Shown in pieces: positions 18,219 to 26,841 of a stretch of DNA of 64,000 bases. Numbering within the stretch: the first letter of the stretch is position 1; each line of letters begins with the position of its first letter. Origin of the DNA: Deltaproteobacteria bacterium (lineage in GTDB: Bacteria; Desulfobacterota; Binatia; UBA9968; JAJDTQ01). The notes under the pieces are model-generated. The model was given only the letters and a program-made list of their open reading frames with translations. It did not search any database and was not told the origin of the DNA. The DNA lies in contig JAPOPM010000098.1 of the NCBI GenBank assembly GCA_026712905.1, positions 10,234-74,233 of the forward strand. The letters are read 5' to 3'. Made by a program: the position numbers and the translations under genes.

Positions 18219-18566
18219 ATGGACGTCGATGTCAAGTGGGGCAGGAAGGGCGAGATCGTGATCGCCATGCTGGTCGGTCGTTTCAGCAGCGCCAACGCCG
18301 CGCTGTTCGAGCGCCTGTTGGAGAACGGTGTCGATTCGTCCGACGACGCCCTTATCCTGGACTTCGAGAACGTGACCTTCCTCAGCAGCGCCGGACTGAG
18401 AGTCGCTCTGACCATCGCCAAGAAGTTCAACGGGCCGGGGAAGAAGTTCGGCATATGCGCGCTCCGGGAAGGGGTTCGCGGCATTGTCGAAGTCAGCGGC
18501 TTCGACAAGGTCATCCCGGTCTACGATTCGCAGGTTTCGGCGGTGGAGGCGTTCGAAAGCGCCTGA
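18219..18566 (+). CDS. STAS domain anti-sigma-factor antagonist
   Basis: LILDFENVTFLSSAGLR motif containing the phosphoacceptor Ser. Confidence 0.9.
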   Translation: MDVDVKWGRKGEIVIAMLVGRFSSANAALFERLLENGVDSSDDALILDFENVTFLSSAGLRVALTIAKKFNGPGKKFGICALREGVRGIVEVSGFDKVIPVYDSQVSAVEAFESA

Positions 18567-18601
18567 CTCCGACAGGGGTGGCAACCCGCAGGGAGACTAC
18601 G

Positions 18602-18895
18602 ATGGCTCAGGCCGGAAAAGACATTGAAGCCAGGCTCAACAAGATCCGCGGCTCCGCGGATTTCAACGTGATCGGCGACAACATCGCCGACATCGCCGAG
18701 TACACGGTGGAGAAGTACGAGTACAGGAACGATACAAGCCTTGCCCGTGAGACCCGCGAGCAAGCCTTGGCCGAGATCACGGATGTGCTGTGTGACCGGG
18801 TTGAGCGGTTGAAGGCGCGGCGCCAGGAGATTCTGGCCGACATGTTCAACGCGGCCGAGGCAACGCTGAACGAGGTCGTTTCACAAAGCAAGTAG
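18602..18895 (+). CDS. Hypothetical helical protein (97 aa)
   Basis: GGGAG RBS, host-like codon use, co-oriented directly after the STAS gene. Confidence 0.7.
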   Translation: MAQAGKDIEARLNKIRGSADFNVIGDNIADIAEYTVEKYEYRNDTSLARETREQALAEITDVLCDRVERLKARRQEILADMFNAAEATLNEVVSQSK

Positions 18896-18984
18896 CGAAT
18901 CGTCAGGGTTCTCGTGAAGGCGCAATCTCCTTTTCAGTCGTTCGCGTCGTACCGGACCAAGTCGGCGTTTTCACGGGGCTGTGC

Positions 18985-20328
18985 ATGACGGCCGCGAGTT
19001 CACCGTATCCCGGCGCACCCGAAAGCCGGGAGATCGAGAACGCGCCGCCGGAACTCATCCGGAAACTCCAGGGAGAGCGCCTGGCCGCCCTGGTACAGCG
19101 CTCCTGGGACCACATCCCGTTCTACCGCGAGCGCTGGAAGGCGGCGGGCATCGAGCCCGGCGACATCCGCACGGCCGGCGACATTCACAAGCTCCCGGTC
19201 ATCCGCAAGAGCGACTTCGAGGACAGCCTCAGATTCCATCCGCCGTTCGGCGACTACCAGGGCGACTTCCCCGCCGTGCGGGTCCAGGCCAGCTCCGGCA
19301 CCTCGGGCAATCCCAAACCTTTCTTCTTCACGCGCAACGACTGGGACATCATCGCCCGGCTGTGGAGCCGGCGCTTCCATGCCCAGGGGGTGAGGGAAGG
19401 GGACATCCTCCAGATCGTGTTTGCCTATACGCTCTTCATCGTGGGGTTCACCGCCTCCGAGGGCGCCATGCACCTGGGCGCGCTGGTGGTGCCCACGGGC
19501 AGCGGCAGCGTCACCCCGAGCGAGCGGCAGGTGAAGATCGCCCGGGACTGGGGCGTCACCGTGCTCGCGGGAACCCCGTCCTACGTGCTCCATCTGGCCG
19601 ACGTGGCCGAAGGGCAGGGCTTCGACCTCCGGAAGGACTTCAACCTGCGGCGCACGATCCATACCTCCGAGACCATGACCGAGGCCGCGCGGCGGGCCAT
19701 CGAGAGCCGCTGGGGCGTGTCCGCCTACGACAACTTCGGCAGCGTGGAGACCGGCTCCCCCACCTTCGAGTGCGAGGAACGGAACGGTTACCACGTCAAC
19801 GAGGACGCCTACATCTTCGAGGTGCTGGACCCGGCCACCCACGAGCCGGTGCCGCCGGGCCGGGAGGGCGTGCTGGTGGTCACCTGCCTCTTCAAGGAGG
19901 CGGCGCCGGTGATCCGCTACAACATCGAGGACCTGTGCACCTTCATCGAGGACGACTGCGGCTGCGGGCGCACCTTCCGGCGCATCTCGAAGCTTCAGGG
20001 CCGGCTGAGCGACATGGTCAAGGTGAGCGGCATCCCGTTCTATCCCACCTCGGTGGAGACCGCCCTGGAGCGGCTGCCGCAGCTCACCCGCGAGTACCGG
20101 GTCACCGTGGACCGGGTGGGACAGCGGGACACGCTGACGGTGGAAGTGGAGATGCGTCCCGGCGCGGAGGCCGGCGACGGGATCAAGCGGCAACTGGAGC
20201 GGGAGCTCAAGGTGGCGACGAACCTCAGCATGGAAGCCATGCTCCTGTCGCCGGGCGAGCTTGGCCGTTCCCTCGGGGTCGAGAACCGCATCAAGGTGCG
20301 CCGGATTCGGGACCGGAGACCGGCCTGA
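18985..20328 (+). CDS. Phenylacetate--CoA ligase (PaaK-like) family
   Basis: SSGTSGNPK, YDNFGSVE, PVIRYNIED, GRLSDMVKVSG motifs. Confidence 0.9.
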   Translation: MTAASSPYPGAPESREIENAPPELIRKLQGERLAALVQRSWDHIPFYRERWKAAGIEPGDIRTAGDIHKLPVIRKSDFEDSLRFHPPFGDYQGDFPAVRVQASSGTSGNPKPFFFTRNDWDIIARLWSRRFHAQGVREGDILQIVFAYTLFIVGFTASEGAMHLGALVVPTGSGSVTPSERQVKIARDWGVTVLAGTPSYVLHLADVAEGQGFDLRKDFNLRRTIHTSETMTEAARRAIESRWGVSAYDNFGSVETGSPTFECEERNGYHVNEDAYIFEVLDPATHEPVPPGREGVLVVTCLFKEAAPVIRYNIEDLCTFIEDDCGCGRTFRRISKLQGRLSDMVKVSGIPFYPTSVETALERLPQLTREYRVTVDRVGQRDTLTVEVEMRPGAEAGDGIKRQLERELKVATNLSMEAMLLSPGELGRSLGVENRIKVRRIRDRRPA

Positions 20329-20361
20329 CGCCCGTGGGCGGCGTGAAGTGTTGCGGGCCTG

Positions 20362-21519
20362 ATGTTTTCCGGTACGTTTCTAGTTGTGGAAGACATCGAA
20401 ACCGCCGCCGCAGCTCTATCCCTGGACGCCAAATGGCTCCAGGAGTTCGACGTCGTCGATCCCTTTAACGACGTCGCCTTGCGCGGCTTCCTCTCCCGCA
20501 GGCCGGACCACCGCTACGGGGCGCTGGCCGTCACTCACGTGAACGAGGCGCCCGCGCCGCAGGTGGTCTTCGCCACGCCCAAGCTGCACTACCCGTTCGA
20601 CCGCCAGGGCAAGTTCAACTTTCCGCCGATCCGGGAGATCGAGATCTTCGAAAAGTACGATGGCACCAACGTGCTGGCCTATGGCTACCGCGACTCGCAA
20701 GGGCGCCGTTACCGCACCTACAAGCTGCGCCTGTCCCCGGTCCTGCGCAACGGCCGCTTCGGTGACTTCCTGGACCTGTGGCGGGAGATGCTGGCGCGCT
20801 ATCCGGTCATTCCCGAGTTGGTGGACATCAATGGCTGCTCTCTGAGTTTCGAGCTCTACGGCAGCCGCAACACGCATCTCATACTCTACCAGGAGCCCTT
20901 GGACTGCGTATTGCTCTTCGGCGTCAGCGAGGATGGCACTCCCCGGTCGCCTTCCGGGCTGGATAGCCGGGGCGTTCCGCTGGCAACCCTCCACGGCACG
21001 CTGGCGGCGGGCAACGAGCCGGTGGCGGAGTACGGCGCGATCCGCGAACGGCTGGAGCGCGGCAACCGCCCGGTGGAAGACGGCAAGATCGCCGGGGTCG
21101 AGGGCGCGGTGTGGTACGTGCGCACGCGCGCCGGCGCCACCGTGCTGTTCAAGTGCAAGCCCGAGTCCGTCGAGGAGGTGCACTGGGTAGGCGGTATCAA
21201 CAAGCCCGCGGTCATCGCCACCTGCTGGAACCTGTTCGAGAGCCAGGACGTGCTGACCTATGAGACGCTGTATCCGCTCTTGGCGGAGGAGTATGGGGAC
21301 GACCAGATCGAAGGTTTCAGAACCTGCATCGACGAGTGCATTACCACGGTGCGCGAGGAGATGGAGTTCAAGAGCCGGGTGATGGACGAATACCGGCAGT
21401 TGGGGATCAAGTTGTCCGAGAACAAGGGGGACGTCATGCGCCGCCTGTCAACCCGGTTCAAGAAGCAGGAGATGAAGAAGGTCTTCACCCTGATCGCGCT
21501 CAACGAAAGTCGCCGTTAG
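20362..21519 (+). CDS. ATP-dependent RNA-ligase-like nucleotidyltransferase
   Basis: Motif I EKYDGTN, motif III FELYG, motif IV EGAVW, motif V LFKCK, followed by a helical C-terminal domain. Confidence 0.65.
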   Translation: MFSGTFLVVEDIETAAAALSLDAKWLQEFDVVDPFNDVALRGFLSRRPDHRYGALAVTHVNEAPAPQVVFATPKLHYPFDRQGKFNFPPIREIEIFEKYDGTNVLAYGYRDSQGRRYRTYKLRLSPVLRNGRFGDFLDLWREMLARYPVIPELVDINGCSLSFELYGSRNTHLILYQEPLDCVLLFGVSEDGTPRSPSGLDSRGVPLATLHGTLAAGNEPVAEYGAIRERLERGNRPVEDGKIAGVEGAVWYVRTRAGATVLFKCKPESVEEVHWVGGINKPAVIATCWNLFESQDVLTYETLYPLLAEEYGDDQIEGFRTCIDECITTVREEMEFKSRVMDEYRQLGIKLSENKGDVMRRLSTRFKKQEMKKVFTLIALNESRR

Positions 21520-21587
21520 CATGAAGCGCGCGGGAGTGTTTGCTCACGGCCACGGCCGTCCCTGGGACATGCGTTGGCCCGAAACCG

Positions 21588-21628
21588 GAAGCGTTTCATT
21601 CACTTGCGAAGGCGTTTCATTCACTTGC
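21588..21628. promoter_or_regulatory. Tandem ~20-bp direct repeat upstream of the ubiD-like gene
   Basis: GAAGCGTTTCATTCACTTGC-GAAGGCGTTTCATTCACTTGC, ~30 nt before ATG 21661. Confidence 0.5.
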
Positions 21629-21660
21629 AATCATCACTTCGGCCCCTTACGTTTGAGCGC

Positions 21661-23094
21661 ATGATTTTCGACGACAATCGCGCCTTCGTGGAGGCACTGC
21701 GGCGGTCCGGCGACCTGGTGGAAGTGGAGAAGGAAGTGAGCTGGGACCTGGAACTCGGCGCCATCAGCCGCCTGGCGTGTGAGAAGGACGGCCCGGCGGT
21801 TTGGTTCAAGCGCGTCACGGACTACGTGGACGACGTCTCGGTTTTCGTCAATCCGGTGGCCACGTGGCGGCGCATCGCCATCGCCCTGGGGCTCCCGCCC
21901 ACCGCCACGGTCCGGGAAATCTACGAAGCCTACGAGAAGGGGGAGGGCAACCCCATCGATCCGGTGGAGGTCGAGGAAGCCCCGTGCAAGCAGGTGGTCC
22001 GCAAGGGGCCGGACGCCAACCTGTTCGATCTGCCCACTCCCATGCTGCACGAGGGCGACGGCGGGCGTTACCTGGGCACCTGGGATCTGGTCATCTCCAA
22101 GGACGTGGACAGCGGCTGGGTCAACTGGGGCATGTACCGGTTCATGGTCTACGACGCACACCATCTGACCGGCTTCCCGCGCCCCACGAGCCACCTGGGC
22201 AAGGTGTTCCAGGAACACTACGCGGCCAAGGGAAAGCCCATGCCCTTGGCCATCGCCATCGGCACCGACCCTTTGTCGCACTTCGCCGCGGCCGCCACCT
22301 ATGCCCTGGGGGGCGACGAGGCCAGCCTGGCAGGCGGCTTGCGCGGGCGTCCGGTGGAGATGATCCGCTGCGAAACCAGTGACTTGCTGGTGCCGGCCCA
22401 TTCCGAGATCGTCATCGAGGGTGAGGTGCTGCCCGACCGGGTGGGGTTGGAAGGTCCCTATGGCGAGTACCCGGGCTACCGCACCGGCGAGATGGGCAAC
22501 GGCATCCTGTTTCGCACCACCGCCATCACCCACCGGGAGAAGCCCGTGCTCACGGTGGACGCCACCGGCTACAAGGACGACAGCTCCACGGTGACCGCCT
22601 TGTCCGGCGCCCTGGCCATCAAGCGCCGGCTGGAGCGCCACGGCGTGCCGGTGCGGGACGTTTACGTGCCGCCGGAGGGGGCCGTGCATCTGGCGGTGAT
22701 GAGCGTGGACTACGGCGGCCAGGAGGTGGCCCGGAAGGTGCTCCAGGTGCTGACTTCGCGCCGGGCGCTGCTGTCGAAACTCTTCCTGGTGGACACCGAC
22801 ACCGACGTGTACGATATCGGCAAGGTGCTGCATGCCTTCTCCACCAAGTGCCACCCGGCCAACGGCATCCACGTGATCCACTACGAAGGCCGGGCCAACA
22901 CGCTGACGCCGTGCTACAGCCAGGCGGAGCGGGCGGCCCAGAAGGGGGCCACGGTACTTTACGACTGCACCTGGCCCGGCGAGTGGTCGCGGGAGTGGGA
23001 GACGCCGGTGAAGGCCACCCTGGATTCGATCTTCTCGGAAGAGGTGCGGGAGAAGGTGCTGAAGAACTGGAGCGACTATGGCTTCAAGCAGTGA
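21661..23094 (+). CDS. UbiD-family prFMN-dependent (de)carboxylase
   Basis: EKEVSWDLELGAI, DGGRYLG, NWGMYRFM, IAIGTDP, EGPYGEYPGY motifs; C-terminal W.DYG. Confidence 0.93.
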   Translation: MIFDDNRAFVEALRRSGDLVEVEKEVSWDLELGAISRLACEKDGPAVWFKRVTDYVDDVSVFVNPVATWRRIAIALGLPPTATVREIYEAYEKGEGNPIDPVEVEEAPCKQVVRKGPDANLFDLPTPMLHEGDGGRYLGTWDLVISKDVDSGWVNWGMYRFMVYDAHHLTGFPRPTSHLGKVFQEHYAAKGKPMPLAIAIGTDPLSHFAAAATYALGGDEASLAGGLRGRPVEMIRCETSDLLVPAHSEIVIEGEVLPDRVGLEGPYGEYPGYRTGEMGNGILFRTTAITHREKPVLTVDATGYKDDSSTVTALSGALAIKRRLERHGVPVRDVYVPPEGAVHLAVMSVDYGGQEVARKVLQVLTSRRALLSKLFLVDTDTDVYDIGKVLHAFSTKCHPANGIHVIHYEGRANTLTPCYSQAERAAQKGATVLYDCTWPGEWSREWETPVKATLDSIFSEEVREKVLKNWSDYGFKQ

Positions 23095-23389
23095 GGCGCC
23101 GGCGTGGGACACCTTCGTGCGCCGGCCGGGAGACGTGCGCTGCGGCGTGGAGACGCCGCTGGTTCTCAGGGACCTGACGCCGGGGCGGGCAAAGTACGGG
23201 CTGAGGCACGTGCTGGGCGTCGTTCATGAGAATGGCGGTCCGGGCGACCCGCTCACGGTGCGCACGGTGGTCGGGATCGCGCTGCCCGTTGCCTATACCG
23301 TGGAGATCGTCCGCGACCTGCCGCAAGAGATCGCAGGGACTCCGTACCAGGACTTCTATGCGGCACTGCAGCGGGCGGCGGAGCTGTAG
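23078..23389 (+). CDS. Phenylphosphate carboxylase gamma-subunit-like small protein
   Basis: WDTFV....V..G.E..L.LRDLTPG..KY..RHV resembles the recalled Thauera PpcG pattern (WEVFV...LPEG.EL.L.VRTLNPG.KKY); overlaps the ubiD-like stop. Confidence 0.6.
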   Translation: MASSSEAPAWDTFVRRPGDVRCGVETPLVLRDLTPGRAKYGLRHVLGVVHENGGPGDPLTVRTVVGIALPVAYTVEIVRDLPQEIAGTPYQDFYAALQRAAEL

Positions 23390-23419
23390 CGACCCGACAC
23401 CAGAGGAGGGGATGGCGAG

Positions 23420-25345
23420 ATGATAACGGTATTGGCGTCTCTCATGGGTTCCCATCGGCGGCGCACGCTGCCCTCGGCTTCGACGGCGTGGGTGCTGGCT
23501 GGCCTGATGGTCGCGGCGGGGTTGTCCAACCCTCGGTTCGCCGCCGCGCTGGCGCTGCCGGCCAACGAGAGCGGCGTCACCGGGTACTTCGACACCACCG
23601 TTTCCATGGGCGCGGCCATGCGGGCGTCCGGGCGCGATGACCGCCTGTTCAGCCTGGCCAGCGGCGGCAAGGCATACACCTTCAACGGTGATGACGGCAA
23701 CCTCAACTTCGACCGCGGGGATCTCGTCTCCCTCAACACCAAGGTCAATCACGAGTTGCAGCTCAACATGGAGAATCCGGGCGCGGAGTTGAGCCTGTTC
23801 GGGCGAGTGCTGTATTTCTACGATCACGCGGTGGCGGATGGCGACACCGAGCGCACGGCCTTGTCCGCCGCCGCCAAGGGGCACGCCGGACGAGACTTCC
23901 AGTTGCTCGACGCCTATGTGGCCGGCGACTTCGATGCCGGCGCCGTGCCGGTCTCGCTTCGATTGGGCAACCAGGTCATGAGCTGGGGCGAAAGCGTCTT
24001 CCTTCGCGGCGGCATCAACTCCATCAACCCGGCCGATGTCGCGAAGCTCCGAGTCGCCGGTGCCGAGTTGCGGGACGTGCTCGTGCCGGTCCCCGCGGCC
24101 AACGTCAAGGTGGGCATCGGCGACAGCTTCTCCCTGGAAGGCTTCTACCAGTTCCGTTGGGAGCACTCCGAAATCGAGGCTAAGGGTACGTTCTTCTCCG
24201 CCAGCGACATCGTGGGCCCCGGGGGGGATACGGTCCATCTCGGGCTCGGCCGGCCCGGACGAGGGGACGACCGAGACGGCGCACCCGACCCGGCTTGTCC
24301 CAGCCGCGCCAATCCCGCGGGGCTCTGCTCTCGCGTGGCCCGCGCCGCCGACCGCGATGCCGGCCATGAGGGCCAGTTCGGTGTGGCGCTGCGCTACTTC
24401 GCGGCGGCGTTGAACGATTCGGAGTTCGGACTGTATTACGCGCGCATCCACAGCCGTCTGCCGCTGGTGTCCGTTACCGCGGGCGACCTGGCGAGACGGA
24501 CGGCTCCCGGGGGCTTTGTCGGCTCCATCCGGTATCTCCGGGAGTTCCCGGAGGACATCGACCTCATGGGCGCGAGTTTCAACGGCGAACTGGGTGGCAG
24601 CGGAGTCACCTTGCAGGCCGAGGTCGCCTATCGCCGGAACCAGCCGCTCCAGGTCGACAACGCAGAGCTCATATACTCCGCGTTGAGTCCGCTGCGGAGG
24701 CTCGCCGCGCAGGCGGCCATGGCGCAAGGCCCCGCGCGACAACTGTTGGCGGGCCTCGCGCGCGCCGGGCAGTTGTTCAGCATGAGCCAGACCGGTCCGG
24801 CGGACCCGGGGCAGGAGATTCCGGGCTTTCGCCGCAAGGACGTGGTGCAGGGTTCTGTAGCCGTGTCCAAGGCGTTGGCGCCCATGCTGGGGGCCGACGG
24901 ATGGATCGTGCTGGCCGAGGCCGGATTTACCCAGATCCAGGACATGGAGGACAAGTCGGAGCTCCGTTACGACGGCACGGGCACATGGACCAGTGGCAAT
25001 CCCGCCTTCACGGCCGGCGGAGTCCAGCCGGTAACCCAAGTGACCGGCTTCGCCGATCCGTTCTCATGGGGTTACCGGGCCGTGCTGCGGGGCGCCTACA
25101 GCAACGCCCTCGGACCGGTGAACCTTGCGCCGCAGGTCGCCTTCGCCCACGACGTCAACGGCACGACACCGAGGCCCATCGGCAACTTCGTGGAAGGACG
25201 CCAGACGGTGACGCTGTCGGTGGGGGCAAGCTACCTGCTGTCTTGGCGGGCGCAACTGGCGTACACGCAGTTCTTCGGCGCGGGCCAGCACAACATGCTG
25301 GCCGATCGTGACTTCGTGTCGTTCACGGTGAGCTATTCCTTCTGA
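23420..25345 (+). CDS. DUF1302 family outer-membrane protein
   Basis: GYFDTTVSMG..R, NGDDGNLNFD.GD, LLDAY, RLGNQV.SWGES.F..GIN, C-terminal DRDFVSFTVSYSF. Confidence 0.93.
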   Translation: MITVLASLMGSHRRRTLPSASTAWVLAGLMVAAGLSNPRFAAALALPANESGVTGYFDTTVSMGAAMRASGRDDRLFSLASGGKAYTFNGDDGNLNFDRGDLVSLNTKVNHELQLNMENPGAELSLFGRVLYFYDHAVADGDTERTALSAAAKGHAGRDFQLLDAYVAGDFDAGAVPVSLRLGNQVMSWGESVFLRGGINSINPADVAKLRVAGAELRDVLVPVPAANVKVGIGDSFSLEGFYQFRWEHSEIEAKGTFFSASDIVGPGGDTVHLGLGRPGRGDDRDGAPDPACPSRANPAGLCSRVARAADRDAGHEGQFGVALRYFAAALNDSEFGLYYARIHSRLPLVSVTAGDLARRTAPGGFVGSIRYLREFPEDIDLMGASFNGELGGSGVTLQAEVAYRRNQPLQVDNAELIYSALSPLRRLAAQAAMAQGPARQLLAGLARAGQLFSMSQTGPADPGQEIPGFRRKDVVQGSVAVSKALAPMLGADGWIVLAEAGFTQIQDMEDKSELRYDGTGTWTSGNPAFTAGGVQPVTQVTGFADPFSWGYRAVLRGAYSNALGPVNLAPQVAFAHDVNGTTPRPIGNFVEGRQTVTLSVGASYLLSWRAQLAYTQFFGAGQHNMLADRDFVSFTVSYSF

Positions 25346-25384
25346 CGGAGCGGGATTGGATCACATGAAGCGGGTTTGGATCAC

Positions 25385-26749
25385 ATGAATACGCGACGGA
25401 GCATCTGGGCGGCCGCGTTGGTATGGGCGCTGATCGCGGCGGTACCGGCGGCGGCGAAGGTCACGGCCGAAGAAGCGGGCCGGCTGGGAGCGGAGTTGAC
25501 GCCCTTGGGCGCCGAAAAGGCGGGCAACGAGGCCGGCACCATTCCCGCATGGGAGGGCGGCATCACGAAACCGCCGGCCGGCTATCGTGCGGGAAAGCGC
25601 CTCGTCGATCCGTTCCCGGACGACAAGCCGCTCTTCACCATCACCGCGGAGAATTACAAACGATACGAGGCGAACCTTACGCCGGGTCAGATCGCGGTGC
25701 TCCGGCGCTACCCCGAGACCTACCGGATGCCGGTGTACCGGGCGCGGCGCACGGCGTCGCTGCCACCGCGCATCTACGAGCGCACCATCGGCAACGCCGT
25801 CACCGCGATGCTCACTGACGATGGCAACGGCGTGGTGAACGCCGCCGAGGGCATCCCGTTCCCGATCCCCAAGAACGGGCTTGAGGCCATCTGGAACCAC
25901 TTGCTGCGCTACCGCGGCAAGTCCGTGCGCGTCACCAGCGGTCAGGCCGCGCCCACGGCCGACGGCTCCTACGTGGTGGTGCAAATCCGCGAGCAGGTGT
26001 TGTGGGGTTACCAGCAGCCCGGCGCAACCACGGAGAACATCGACAACAAGCTCGCCTACTTCCTCCAGGAGGTGCTGTCCCCGGCAAGGTTGGCGGGTTC
26101 GCTGATCCTGGTCCACGACACCCTGAACCAGGCGGCGGAGCCGCGCAAGGCGTGGGTCTACAATCCCGGGCAGCGTCGCGTCCGGCGCGCGGCCAACGTC
26201 GGCTATGACAATCCCGGCACGGGCTCCGACGGCCAGCGCACCAACGATCAGGCCGACATGTACAACGGCGCGCCGGACCGTTACGACTGGACGCTGGTGG
26301 GGAAACGGGAGATCTACATCCCTTACAACAGCTACAAGCTCGCGAGCGGTGGCCATGGCTTCGACGACGTCCTGAAGCCGGGCCACATCAACCCGGACCT
26401 GACCCGCTACGAGCGCCACCGGGTGTGGGTGGTGGAGGCGCGGTTGAAGCAAGGCACCCGGCACATCTTTCCCCGGCGCACGTTCTATCTCGACGAGGAC
26501 AGTTGGCAGATCGCGGTGGTGGACCAGTACGATGCCCGCGGCGAGATGTGGCGGCTGAGCCAGGCCTATATCATCAACCACTACCAGGTGCCGGTGCTGT
26601 GGAGCACCGGCATGTCGATCTACGACCTCCAGAACGGACGCTATCTCGTCAAGGGTCTGACTAACGAATACGAGCCGCCGCGTTTCGACCTGGAGCTGAA
26701 CCCGAACCAGTTCACGCCGCGGGCGCTGCGGCGCCGGGGCCGCCGTTGA
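25385..26749 (+). CDS. DUF1329 family periplasmic protein
   Basis: LTPLGAEKAGN..GTIPAW.GG, PFPIPKNG.E..WNH..RYRG, AW.YNPGQRRVRRA, F.P.ALRRRG. Confidence 0.95.
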   Translation: MNTRRSIWAAALVWALIAAVPAAAKVTAEEAGRLGAELTPLGAEKAGNEAGTIPAWEGGITKPPAGYRAGKRLVDPFPDDKPLFTITAENYKRYEANLTPGQIAVLRRYPETYRMPVYRARRTASLPPRIYERTIGNAVTAMLTDDGNGVVNAAEGIPFPIPKNGLEAIWNHLLRYRGKSVRVTSGQAAPTADGSYVVVQIREQVLWGYQQPGATTENIDNKLAYFLQEVLSPARLAGSLILVHDTLNQAAEPRKAWVYNPGQRRVRRAANVGYDNPGTGSDGQRTNDQADMYNGAPDRYDWTLVGKREIYIPYNSYKLASGGHGFDDVLKPGHINPDLTRYERHRVWVVEARLKQGTRHIFPRRTFYLDEDSWQIAVVDQYDARGEMWRLSQAYIINHYQVPVLWSTGMSIYDLQNGRYLVKGLTNEYEPPRFDLELNPNQFTPRALRRRGRR

Positions 26750-26841
26750 CCGGGCGGTAGCGCCGCCTCATCGCACCTTGGCGACGACAAGTAATCCTGC
26801 GCAACCGATCAGAGGTATTTGCCGGACGCGGCACCAGCGTC

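Noticed and set aside
21540-21660. Sigma-54 promoters at ubiD (also checked ~44085 and ~54764)
   Set aside because: GG-to-GC spacing is not the required 10 nt in any case.
23084-25039. 651-aa minus-strand ORF
   Set aside because: Antisense to the well-supported DUF1302 gene; no recognisable domain.
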